Of a stretch of 64,000 nt of DNA, positions 29,938-37,823 are shown piece by piece (position 1 is the first letter of the stretch; each line of letters opens with the position of its first letter). The notes beneath the pieces were generated by a model. It was not told the DNA's origin. It ran no database searches and saw nothing but the letters and a program-made list of their open reading frames with translations. The position numbers and the translations under genes are program-made. The stretch is from Candidatus Caribbeanibacter nitroreducens. Its GTDB lineage: Bacteria > Gemmatimonadota > Gemmatimonadetes > Palauibacterales > Palauibacteraceae. The stretch lies in the NCBI GenBank assembly GCA_947581645.1, contig CANPVF010000126.1:140-64139 (forward strand). Reading direction: 5' to 3'.

Positions 29938-31113
29938 TCAGACGAAGTCGCCGGCCCACGGCCGGTCGCGGCCGCCGAGGGCCGTCACCACCCGCCCCTC
30001 GAGCTCGACGCGGCCGGTGTCCCGCAGGGAGGCGGCCCGCTCGTGGAGGCCGGGTCCCCCCCGGGCCACCTCCACCCCGGCGTCCGGGGCGGCCGCGTTC
30101 CCGGCCGAGACGGCGGCGTCGCCGTCGGTCCCGGGGTCCAGGCGAGCGGTGACGACGCCCTCCCGGGGATGGGCGACGATCTCCACCGTTCCGGGCGTCT
30201 CCCGGAGCGCGGTCACGACGTGCGCAACATAACCGGGGCCGACGCGGAAACGGAGGCAGGGTCTCCGGCGGGCAGGGCGGGGGTCCGCGTCCGCCTCCCC
30301 GCCCCCGACGGGCCCGCGCTCCAGGCGCAGGTCGCGTGTCGTGGCCCACCGCTCGAGCCGCTCCCGGCGGGCGTCGACGGAGGCGGAAGAACCGGACAGC
30401 TCCACCACGAGCGCAGGCGTCTCTCCGGCGTCCGCGGACCACCGCCATGCTTCCGCTTCCGGCTGCCAGTCCCGGCTGGCGTCCACACCCACGGTGGCGC
30501 CCGCCAGCTCCGCCGAGTCCCCGGAGCCTGGTCCCGGACGCAGCTCGAAGCGACGGCGGACCTCGGGCAGGGGCCAGACCCGGAAGGTCACGCGGGTGAC
30601 GAGACCGAGCCGCCCCCGGCTGCCGCACACGAGACGCGGCATGTCGTAGCCGGCCACGTTCTTCACCACCGCCCGTCCCCAGTCCAGGCGCTCCCCTCCG
30701 TGGCTCACGACCCGCACCGCCAGCACCTGTCGGCGCACCGGGCCGTACTCGCCGGCGTAGGGCGTCGGAGGCACGGCGGCCACGAGCCCGCCGGCGGAAC
30801 GCCGGAGCCCCGTGCCGGAGAGGGGGATCCACTGCCCCTCCTCCCGGAGCCGCTCCCGAAGCCCGGACATCCGCACGCCGGCCCCGACGGTCACCGTCAG
30901 GTCCTCGGGGCGGTAGTCCACGATCCCGTCCAGCTCCCCGGTGGAGACCACGGGCCGGCCGTCGGCCTCCACGGCCTCGCGGACGAATTCCGGCAGGTCG
31001 CCGGGGGAGGAGCCGGTGAAGAGGGGCGACGGGCCGTCGGCGGAGAGCTCCGACATCAGGGACGCGGCCTCCCCGGTGTCGGACGGGCGGTGAACGGAGA
31101 GGGATGCGCTCAT
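29938..31113 (-). CDS. glcE: glycolate oxidase FAD-binding subunit
   Basis: FAD-binding PCMH-type fold, positioned between glcD and glcF homologues. Confidence 0.7.
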   Translation of the reverse strand: MSASLSVHRPSDTGEAASLMSELSADGPSPLFTGSSPGDLPEFVREAVEADGRPVVSTGELDGIVDYRPEDLTVTVGAGVRMSGLRERLREEGQWIPLSGTGLRRSAGGLVAAVPPTPYAGEYGPVRRQVLAVRVVSHGGERLDWGRAVVKNVAGYDMPRLVCGSRGRLGLVTRVTFRVWPLPEVRRRFELRPGPGSGDSAELAGATVGVDASRDWQPEAEAWRWSADAGETPALVVELSGSSASVDARRERLERWATTRDLRLERGPVGGGEADADPRPARRRPCLRFRVGPGYVAHVVTALRETPGTVEIVAHPREGVVTARLDPGTDGDAAVSAGNAAAPDAGVEVARGGPGLHERAASLRDTGRVELEGRVVTALGGRDRPWAGDFV

Positions 31114-31149
31114 GGCCGCGGCCCGGCCCCGCCGGTGGGGCGGCCCGCC

Positions 31150-31428
31150 TCAGGCGCCGAGCTCGCCCCGGAGCAGGTCGCGCAGCTTCTCGTGCTCGTC
31201 CCGGAGCTCCTCGCCTCGCTCCCGTGCCTCGCGGCGCCCGGGCGCCGGCTCGAGGTCGACGAACGCGTTCGCCCCGTCCTCCTCGGCGATGAACGAGAGG
31301 GTGCAGCGGTAGCCGTCGACGCCGGTGGCCCGCTTGGCGATGAGGTCCACGGAGTAGGTCGAGCCGTCGACCTCGAGCCCCTCGGCCACGGGGACCTCGA
31401 TCTGATCCTTCCTGCGGTAGCGTGCCAT
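31150..31428 (-). CDS. hypothetical small protein (92 aa)
   Basis: ATG start MARYRRKDQIEVPVAEGL… is residue 117 of ORF 31150..31776. It sits between glcD and glcE on the same strand. Confidence 0.45.
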   Translation of the reverse strand: MARYRRKDQIEVPVAEGLEVDGSTYSVDLIAKRATGVDGYRCTLSFIAEEDGANAFVDLEPAPGRREARERGEELRDEHEKLRDLLRGELGA

Positions 31429-31444
31429 CGTGGTCGGTCTCCCC

Positions 31445-32881
31445 TCATTCCGCCGTCGCTCCGGTCGGCCCTCCGCCGGCGGGCGCCGGCAGCATCTTGT
31501 CCGGGTTGCATCGCCCGTCGGGGTCGAAGGCCCGCCCGAGCCGGCGCTGGGCGGCCAGCTCTCCGTCGCTGAAGATAAGCGACATGTACTCGCGCTTGTC
31601 CAGTCCGACCCCGTGCTCTCCGGTGATCGTTCCGCCGGCCTCCACGCACAGCTCCATGATCTCCGCGCTGGCCTCCTCGACGCGCCGCAGCTGCTCGGCG
31701 TCGCGGCGGTCGAAGACCAGGTTCGGGTGGAGGTTCCCGTCGCCGGCGTGGAAGAAGTTGGCCAGGGTGACGTCATGCTCCTCGGCGATGCGCTCGATCT
31801 CCGGCAGGAGGTCGGGCAGGGAGCTCCTGGGAACGGCGGCGTCCTGCACGAGGATGTCCGGCGCCAGCCGCCCGAGAGCCCCGTAGGCCTTCTTTCGGGC
31901 CTGCCAGAGCTGCTTCCGCCGCTGCTCCTCGCGGGCCACCTCGACCCCGGGGGCCCCGGAGGCCTCCAGGACCTGGCGGACCCGCTCCACCTCCGCCTCG
32001 ACCTCCTCCTCCAGCCCCTCGCTCTCCACGATGAGGGCGGCGCCGGCGTCGGTGGGGAGGCCGGCGGCGAACTCCGATTCCTCGACGATGCGGATGGTGT
32101 TCCGGTCCACCAGCTCCAGCGCCACGGGGAGGAGGCCCTCTCCGATGATGCGGCTCACGGCGGCGCCGGCGGTCCCCACCTCGTCGAAGAGGGCCAGGGC
32201 CGTGCCCACCGCCGGCGCGGCCGGCGCCAGCCGGACCCGGATTCTGGTGACCACGCCCAGGGTGCCCTCGGAGCCCACCACCAGGCCGGCCAGGTCCAGC
32301 CCGCCGTCGTCGCCCCGGTCCAGCCGCAGGCGGCGACCGTCGGGAAGGACCAGGTCAAGCCCCAGCACGTGATCCGTGGTCACCCCGTCCCGGAGACAGT
32401 GGGGCCCCCCGGCGTTGGTGGCCACGTTGCCGCCGATGGTGCAGGTGGAGCCGCTGGCCGGATCCGGCAGGTAGCGGAGGCCGTGGGCCGCGGCAGCCGC
32501 GCTGATCTCGTCGGTGACGACGCCGGGCTCCACCACGGCCCGTCGCGACTGCGGGTCCACCTCCAGGATCCGATTCAGGCGAACCGTGGAGACCAGGACG
32601 GCGTCGTGGGCGATGGCGCCCCCGGCGAGCCCGGTGCCGGAGCCCCGGGGCACGAACGGCACCTCCGCCCCGTGCAGGAGCCGGACGACCTCCGCCGTCT
32701 CCTCCTCCGTGCCCGGGAAGACCACCGCGGCGGGGTCCCCGCGCACCGAGGTCAGGGCGTCGGACTCGTAGGCCATCAGGCGGGACGGCTCGGTGAGGAC
32801 GTGCTCCGTCCCCACCGTCTCCTCCAGACGGCGGGCCAGCGAGTCCGGGACCGGGGTGGAACTGCGGTGCATCACGGGCAT
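31445..32881 (-). CDS. glcD: glycolate oxidase subunit GlcD (FAD-linked oxidase)
   Basis: FAD_binding_4 N-domain (VVFPGTEEETAEVVRLLHGAEVPFVPRGSGTGLAGGA) and FAD-linked oxidase C-domain. Confidence 0.85.
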   Translation of the reverse strand: MPVMHRSSTPVPDSLARRLEETVGTEHVLTEPSRLMAYESDALTSVRGDPAAVVFPGTEEETAEVVRLLHGAEVPFVPRGSGTGLAGGAIAHDAVLVSTVRLNRILEVDPQSRRAVVEPGVVTDEISAAAAAHGLRYLPDPASGSTCTIGGNVATNAGGPHCLRDGVTTDHVLGLDLVLPDGRRLRLDRGDDGGLDLAGLVVGSEGTLGVVTRIRVRLAPAAPAVGTALALFDEVGTAGAAVSRIIGEGLLPVALELVDRNTIRIVEESEFAAGLPTDAGAALIVESEGLEEEVEAEVERVRQVLEASGAPGVEVAREEQRRKQLWQARKKAYGALGRLAPDILVQDAAVPRSSLPDLLPEIERIAEEHDVTLANFFHAGDGNLHPNLVFDRRDAEQLRRVEEASAEIMELCVEAGGTITGEHGVGLDKREYMSLIFSDGELAAQRRLGRAFDPDGRCNPDKMLPAPAGGGPTGATAE

Positions 32882-33007
32882 AAGAGATTAGACGCGCCGG
32901 CCGGCGTGAACAACGCGAGGCCGGGCACAGAGGGACGGGGATTTCTCCGCGAACGCCTCCCGGGATCGGGTCGATCAGCGGCCGGGCGAGGGCCCGAACG
33001 CCGCGGG

Positions 33008-33036
33008 TTGACAGTCCCGATGAGGGTGAGTAGGAT
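33008..33036 (+). promoter_or_regulatory. sigma70-type promoter of the tRNA array (TTGACA-17-TAGGAT)
   Basis: TTGACA at 33008-33013 and TAGGAT at 33031-33036 with a 17-nt spacer, about 15 nt upstream of the first tRNA. Confidence 0.55.
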
Positions 33037-33051
33037 ACCCGGCCCACACGA

Positions 33052-33125
33052 TGCGGGGTGGAGCAGTCTGGTAGCTCATCGGGCTCATAACCCGAAGGTC
33101 GCAGGTTCGAATCCTGCCCCCGCTA
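33052..33125 (+). tRNA. tRNA-fMet (initiator, anticodon CAT), copy 1
   Basis: Near-identical to E. coli tRNAfMet (…GCTCATAACCCGAAGGTCG…), including the three G-C pairs in the anticodon stem and a 1-72 mismatch. No encoded CCA. Confidence 0.85.
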
Positions 33126-33177
33126 TTTGACAGCATCCGGCGCCCGGACGAGGCGGGCGTCGGCTCAGATGATTCGG

Positions 33178-33251
33178 TGCGGGGTGGAGCAGTCTGGTAG
33201 CTCATCGGGCTCATAACCCGAAGGTCGCAGGTTCGAATCCTGCCCCCGCTA
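33178..33251 (+). tRNA. tRNA-fMet (initiator, anticodon CAT), copy 2
   Basis: Sequence identical to copy 1. Confidence 0.85.
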
Positions 33252-33453
33252 CCTTTTTCGTGGAGCCCGGCGCGGAGACTCGCCGATCCGGAGCCAGTGA
33301 GACGCCACGTGTTCCCACTCCGAAGCAGAGACTTCAGGCACCGTTCGAAGCGGCGTGGCTGGCCGCGGGAACGCGGCGGGAGCCGGGCGGCGTCCGGGGG
33401 GCGGACGGTCCGCTGAGGCGAGAGACGCCTTCGAGGCTCCACGAACCGTCCAC

Positions 33454-33480
33454 GCCCCGCCCGGCCGGCGGGGTTTTTTT
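33454..33480 (+). terminator. rho-independent terminator
   Basis: GC hairpin ccccgcccggccggcgggg followed by T7. Confidence 0.6.
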
Positions 33481-33507
33481 CTGGATGGACGGGAAGGCAG
33501 GTCTCCT

Positions 33508-33579
33508 TCCGGGGTAGCTCAGTGGCAGAGCGGGTGGCTGTTAACCACTTAGTCGCGGGTTCGAATCCCGCCCCCGGAG
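33508..33579 (+). tRNA. tRNA-Asn (GTT)
   Basis: Cloverleaf with anticodon loop CTGTTAA. Confidence 0.8.
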
Positions 33580-33620
33580 CTCTCGGGAGCCCGGGCCGCT
33601 CGGACCGGACGCCAGCGGAG

Positions 33621-33692
33621 GCCTGGGTAGCTCAGGGGTAGAGCACCGCTCTGAAAAAGCGGGTGTCGGAGGTTCGACTCCTCCCCCAGGCA
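33621..33692 (+). tRNA. tRNA-Phe (GAA)
   Basis: Anticodon loop CTGAAAA. Confidence 0.8.
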
Positions 33693-33713
33693 TGGACAGA
33701 GGGGCGACCTGAT

Positions 33714-33786
33714 AGGGGCGTAGCTCAACTGGGAGAGCTCCGGTCTCCAAAACCGGCGGTTGGGGGTTCGAGTCCCTCCGCCCCTG
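33714..33786 (+). tRNA. tRNA-Trp (CCA)
   Basis: Anticodon loop CTCCAAA. Confidence 0.8.
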
Positions 33787-33811
33787 CTCTCCGGCCTCGG
33801 GCCGGAGCCCC

Positions 33812-33883
33812 GCTCGCGTAGCTCAGGGGTAGAGCGCGTCCTTGGTAAGGACGAGGCCACGGGTTCGAATCCCGTCGCGAGCT
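33812..33883 (+). tRNA. tRNA-Thr (GGT)
   Basis: Anticodon loop TTGGTAA. Confidence 0.8.
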
Positions 33884-33906
33884 CTCGCCCGGTATCGGGG
33901 GGCGAT

Positions 33907-33980
33907 GCGCCCGTAGCTCAGCTGGATAGAGCATCGGCCTTCTAAGCCGAGGGTCGCAGGTTCGAATCCTGCCGGGCGCG
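33907..33980 (+). tRNA. tRNA-Arg (TCT)
   Basis: Anticodon loop CTTCTAA. Confidence 0.8.
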
Positions 33981-34052
33981 TGACGGAACGGAGCCTTCCG
34001 ACCGCGGTAGATTTGCAGGCCCGGCCGTGGGGTCGGCAGCATGGTACTCGCT

Positions 34053-34125
34053 GCCCCCGTCGTCTAATGGCTCAGGACATCACTCTTTCAAGGTGAAGAT
34101 AGGGGTTCGATTCCCCTCGGGGGCG
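34053..34125 (+). tRNA. tRNA-Glu (TTC)
   Basis: Close to E. coli tRNA-Glu (GCCCCCGTCGTCTAATGG…CTTTCAA…GGGGTTCGATTCCCC). Confidence 0.8.
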
Positions 34126-34201
34126 TGCCCTCCGGACGCCGACGGGGAGACGACGCCCGGCGCCGGAGCGAGACGGACAGCACAGGACGGACGAGTCACG
34201 T

Positions 34202-34274
34202 GGGGCCGTAGCTCAGTTGGGAGAGCGCGTGAATGGCATTCACGAGGTCACGGGTTCGAGTCCCGTCGGCTCCA
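34202..34274 (+). tRNA. tRNA-Ala (GGC)
   Basis: G3:U70 identity pair present. Anticodon loop ATGGCAT. Confidence 0.8.
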
Positions 34275-34299
34275 CTTTTTTCGGCTGTTTCTCACACCG

Positions 34300-34372
34300 G
34301 CGGCGCTAGCTCAACTGGCAGAGCAACGGACTCTTAATCCGTAGGTTCGGGGTTCAAGTCCCTGGCGCCGCA
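34300..34372 (+). tRNA. tRNA-Lys (CTT)
   Basis: Anticodon loop CTCTTAA. Confidence 0.8.
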
Positions 34373-34390
34373 CCTCGCTGCATGACAGAG

Positions 34391-34465
34391 GTGCCCGTAG
34401 CTCAGCTCGGATAGAGCGTCGGCCTCCGGAGCCGAAGGCCGCAGGTTCGAATCCTGCCGGGCACA
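34391..34465 (+). tRNA. tRNA-Arg (CCG)
   Basis: Anticodon loop CTCCGGA. Confidence 0.8.
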
Positions 34466-34486
34466 TCAGAGAGAACGTCACGACCC

Positions 34487-34573
34487 GCTCGGGTGGCGGA
34501 ACTGGCAGACGCGCAGGGTTCAGGACCCTGTGGGACTTGTAATCCCGTGGGGGTTCGAATCCCCCCCCGAGCA
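34487..34573 (+). tRNA. tRNA-Leu (CAG)
   Basis: Class II tRNA with long variable arm. Anticodon loop TTCAGGA. Confidence 0.8.
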
Positions 34574-34666
34574 CTGGCGGGCGCACGGTGCCGAGTCGCG
34601 GACTCGGGATCGCGCCCCGGAGTCCGGCTTCCTCGGCCGGTACGACGGACCGGGGCCTCGCGCCAT

Positions 34667-34752
34667 GCCCAGGTGCTGGAACTGGCAGACAGGCTAGCTT
34701 GAGGGGCTAGTGCCCCTTCGTGGGCGTGTGGGTTCGAATCCCACCCTGGGCA
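34667..34752 (+). tRNA. tRNA-Leu (GAG)
   Basis: Class II tRNA. Anticodon loop TTGAGGG. Confidence 0.8.
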
Positions 34753-34782
34753 CTGCGTGAAGACAGAAGGACGACGCGCCCT

Positions 34783-34857
34783 GCGCCCGTAGCTCAGCTC
34801 GGATAGAGCGCAGGCTTGCGGAGCCTGAGGCCCCAGGTTCGAATCCTGGCGGGCGCG
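34783..34857 (+). tRNA. tRNA-Arg with apparent anticodon GCG
   Basis: Acceptor and D/T arms are homologous to the two other Arg tRNAs here. Anticodon stem caggc/gcctg with loop TTGCGGA. Confidence 0.65.
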
Positions 34858-34866
34858 CTCACGAGA

Positions 34867-34888
34867 CCCCCGAGAGATCGGGGGTTTT
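34867..34888 (+). terminator. rho-independent terminator closing the tRNA array
   Basis: cccccgagagatcggggg hairpin followed by TTTT. Confidence 0.65.
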
Positions 34889-35169
34889 CGTGTTCGTGAT
34901 CGGTACGTGGGCGGTCGAGCCCCCTGCTCGCGGAACGGCGGCTACCTCTATCCCCCCGGAGGCGAGAGTCGGGGGATTCCCTACAGACGCACCGCCCTCT
35001 CTGTGCGATCATGTGATTGACCGTGGCTCCGAACACCGGAGCCTCCGGACCGGGCGGGGAGACCTCCCCGTTCGGCCACCAGCGTGGCCGGAGCCAGCCG
35101 GTCGGGAGCGTCGGAGACAGCGCTCCCCCCGTCGCTTCGGCCTGAACCCCTCAGCGGAGGAAGGATTCC

Positions 35170-35574
35170 ATGGCCACCGTGACCACCATCGAGGGCATCG
35201 GCGCCGCCACCGCCCGGAAGCTCAAGAAGGTCGGCATCGGGAGCACAGAGAAGCTGCTCGAGGTGTGCTGTGAGCCACAGGGACGGGAGCGGATCGCCCG
35301 GGAGGCTCGCATCGACGAGCGAAAGCTCCTGCGCCTCGTCAACCACGCGGATCTCATGCGCGTCAAGGGAGTCGGGGGCGAGTTCGCCGAGCTCCTCGAG
35401 GCTTCCGGAGTGGACAGCATCCCCGAGCTCGCCCGGCGCGACGCCGGGAATCTCGTGGTGAAGCTGCACGAGGTGAACGACGCGAAGAAGATCACCCGCC
35501 GGCTCCCGTCGGAGAAGCAAGTGGTGGGCTGGATCAAGGCCGCCGGACGACTCGAGCCGATGGTCAGCCACTGA
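35170..35574 (+). CDS. DUF4332 domain protein (helix-hairpin-helix like)
   Basis: IEGIGAATARKLKKVGIGS and VKGVGGEFAELLEASGVDS repeats. SD GGAGGAAGG upstream. Confidence 0.65.
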   Translation: MATVTTIEGIGAATARKLKKVGIGSTEKLLEVCCEPQGRERIAREARIDERKLLRLVNHADLMRVKGVGGEFAELLEASGVDSIPELARRDAGNLVVKLHEVNDAKKITRRLPSEKQVVGWIKAAGRLEPMVSH

Positions 35575-35742
35575 CGTCGATCTCCGGGCCCGCCGCAGAG
35601 GTGGCGGGCCCGGGACCTCCCGCTGTCCGGACGAGGAGGGCCCAGCACCGGCCTGGCGGAAACCGGTTGCGCCGGCCGCCCCGATCGACGAGTCTGTCCG
35701 TACGTTCTGACTGCGTGGTTGGACTCCGGGTCAGGTCCTGGC

Positions 35743-37773
35743 ATGTCCGATCTGGTGCAGCGGATCAGGGATTTCCTTTCGGAGCTCAGGCGGCGGCAGA
35801 TGTACCGCGTCGCTGTCACGTACGCGGGTGCGGCCTTCGTCGTCTGGCAGGCAACCGCCCTGCTGGTCCGCGCGCTGGACTGGCCCGAATGGGTGCTCTC
35901 CGCCGTCGTCCTGGTGGCCATTGCCGGCTTTCCGGTCGTGGTGGCACTGGCATGGATGTACGAGGTCGGCCCGGAAGGTCTCCGTCCGACGCCTCAGGGG
36001 GCGGAGGAGACGACCGCCGAGGTCGCTGAGACCGGGGCCGGCTGGAAGAGGTGGATCAGCGGCGGACTCCTGGCGTTACTGGCCGCCGGCTCGTTGGTCT
36101 GGATCCTCTGGCCTCACCAGACCCTCGCGTTCGGCGAGGGCGATTCGCTGATCCTCGCCGATTTCCGAAACAGGACGGCGGATTCCACCCTCACCGGCAG
36201 CTTGGCCACGGCGTTCCGAATCAGCCTCGAGCAGTCTCCCTATCTGAACGTCTACCCGGAGCGAAAGGTCGACGAGACCCTCGAGCAAATGAGTCTCGAC
36301 CCCGACACCGCGCGTCTCACTGCAGACCGGGCCCGCGAGGTCGCCACTCGGGAGGGAGTCCCGGTGACCGTGGTGCCGGCGGTCTCCGAGTTGGCGGGCA
36401 CATACCGGGTCGGCCTGACGATCTATCCAGCCGGGATGGATGAGGCCGCAGCAACTGCGTCCGTGGAGGCGGAGAGCAGGGACGCATTGCTCGGGGCGCT
36501 GGACGATCTGGCCGTCCGTCTACGCGATCGATTGGGGGAGTCGGAAGACGAGATCGATCGGCACCGAAGTCCTCTGGCAGAAGTGACGACTCCCTCGTTC
36601 ACGGCCCTCAAGCTCTTCTCCCGCGGAAAGGACGAATACACCGCGGGTCACTTCGCGGAAGCGCGACGCCTCTTCCGTCACGCGCTGGAGGTGGACAGCA
36701 GCTTCACTGGTGCCAGGGCCCAGCTCGGAATGCTGGTCTACGAGCAGTTCGACCGTGAGCGCGGCGCGGCCCTCCTGAGCCGGGTAGTGGAGAACGCCGA
36801 CGATCTGACGGAATTCGAGAGCTTTATGATTCGAGCGTTCCACGCGGCTGCCGTGCAGGGGAAGCCGGAGAAGGCGGCCGGGCTGTACCGTTCGCTGATC
36901 GATCTCTACCCGAACCGGGCCGAGCCGCACAACAACCTGGGTCGGGTTCTGGCACGTCTGGGCCGCCCGAAGGAAGCGGCCGAACACTACCGTCGTGCCC
37001 TCGCCATCGATTCCGCGACGCATCTCTACTACGCAGGCCTCAACAACGTCTACCTCTATCAGCTGGGCCGAGTGGACTCGGCACTGAGCCTGGCGCGCCG
37101 GCGTCTACGGATGGACAGCACCTACTTCTGGGCGTGGGATCACCTCGGTTGGGCATACCTCGGCATCGACAGCCTGTCGTCCGCCGGGCGAGCCTACGAG
37201 CGCGCGCTCGAGGTTCGGCCCGAGTCGCTGAAGGCACTGCTGCGGGCGGGCTTCGTCGACCTTCTGCGGGAACGGCCGCGGGAGGCGCTGCGCCATTTCC
37301 ACCGGGTGATCGAGCTGGAGGGCGTCACCGCCAGGGCGCGGGACGAGGGGCTCTACTACGCGGGGCTCGCGAGCCAGCGGCTCGGTGAGGACTCCGCGGC
37401 ACGGGCCCATCTTCAGCGGTATCGGGACTACGCCGAGCGCTTCGCGCGTCAGTCCCCCACCCGGCCGGCCGAGCAGCTGGAAGTGGCCCGAGCCCTGTCG
37501 AGGCTGGGGGAGCGGGAGCGGGGCTGGCGGATCGCGCAGGCCGCACTCGAGGGGCGCCGGAGCTGGGCGGGACTCCAGTTCAACGTGGCGACGGTCGCCG
37601 GCGCTCAGAATCGCGACGGAGCGGTCCTGTCTCACCTCACCGAGGCTCTCCGGATCGGATATCGAAACTACATCTGGATCAAGGTCACTCCGGATCTGCA
37701 CTCGTATCGCAACGAGCCCCGCCTTCGCGGGATGCTGGATACGCTCATCCATCGCCCGGATGAAGGCGGCTGA
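35743..37773 (+). CDS. membrane-anchored TPR-repeat protein
   Basis: Two N-terminal TM helices followed by a periplasmic region and multiple TPR-like repeats (AEPHNNLGRVLARLGRPKEAAEHYRRALAIDS etc.). Confidence 0.7.
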   Translation: MSDLVQRIRDFLSELRRRQMYRVAVTYAGAAFVVWQATALLVRALDWPEWVLSAVVLVAIAGFPVVVALAWMYEVGPEGLRPTPQGAEETTAEVAETGAGWKRWISGGLLALLAAGSLVWILWPHQTLAFGEGDSLILADFRNRTADSTLTGSLATAFRISLEQSPYLNVYPERKVDETLEQMSLDPDTARLTADRAREVATREGVPVTVVPAVSELAGTYRVGLTIYPAGMDEAAATASVEAESRDALLGALDDLAVRLRDRLGESEDEIDRHRSPLAEVTTPSFTALKLFSRGKDEYTAGHFAEARRLFRHALEVDSSFTGARAQLGMLVYEQFDRERGAALLSRVVENADDLTEFESFMIRAFHAAAVQGKPEKAAGLYRSLIDLYPNRAEPHNNLGRVLARLGRPKEAAEHYRRALAIDSATHLYYAGLNNVYLYQLGRVDSALSLARRRLRMDSTYFWAWDHLGWAYLGIDSLSSAGRAYERALEVRPESLKALLRAGFVDLLRERPREALRHFHRVIELEGVTARARDEGLYYAGLASQRLGEDSAARAHLQRYRDYAERFARQSPTRPAEQLEVARALSRLGERERGWRIAQAALEGRRSWAGLQFNVATVAGAQNRDGAVLSHLTEALRIGYRNYIWIKVTPDLHSYRNEPRLRGMLDTLIHRPDEGG

Positions 37774-37823
37774 CGACGACTCGACGGACGGAAGGGGAAA
37801 CAAGAGAGTCTGCCCGCCGCCTC

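Noticed and set aside
26586-30152. 1188-aa plus-strand ORF across the glcF / PduO / glcE region
   Set aside because: Antisense to four genes with clear homology. Low-complexity Arg/Pro/Gly translation.
32882-35169. tRNA array as an integration site for a genomic island or prophage
   Set aside because: No integrase, recombinase, direct repeats of tRNA 3' ends or compositional shift in the flanks. Both sides are native-GC housekeeping genes.
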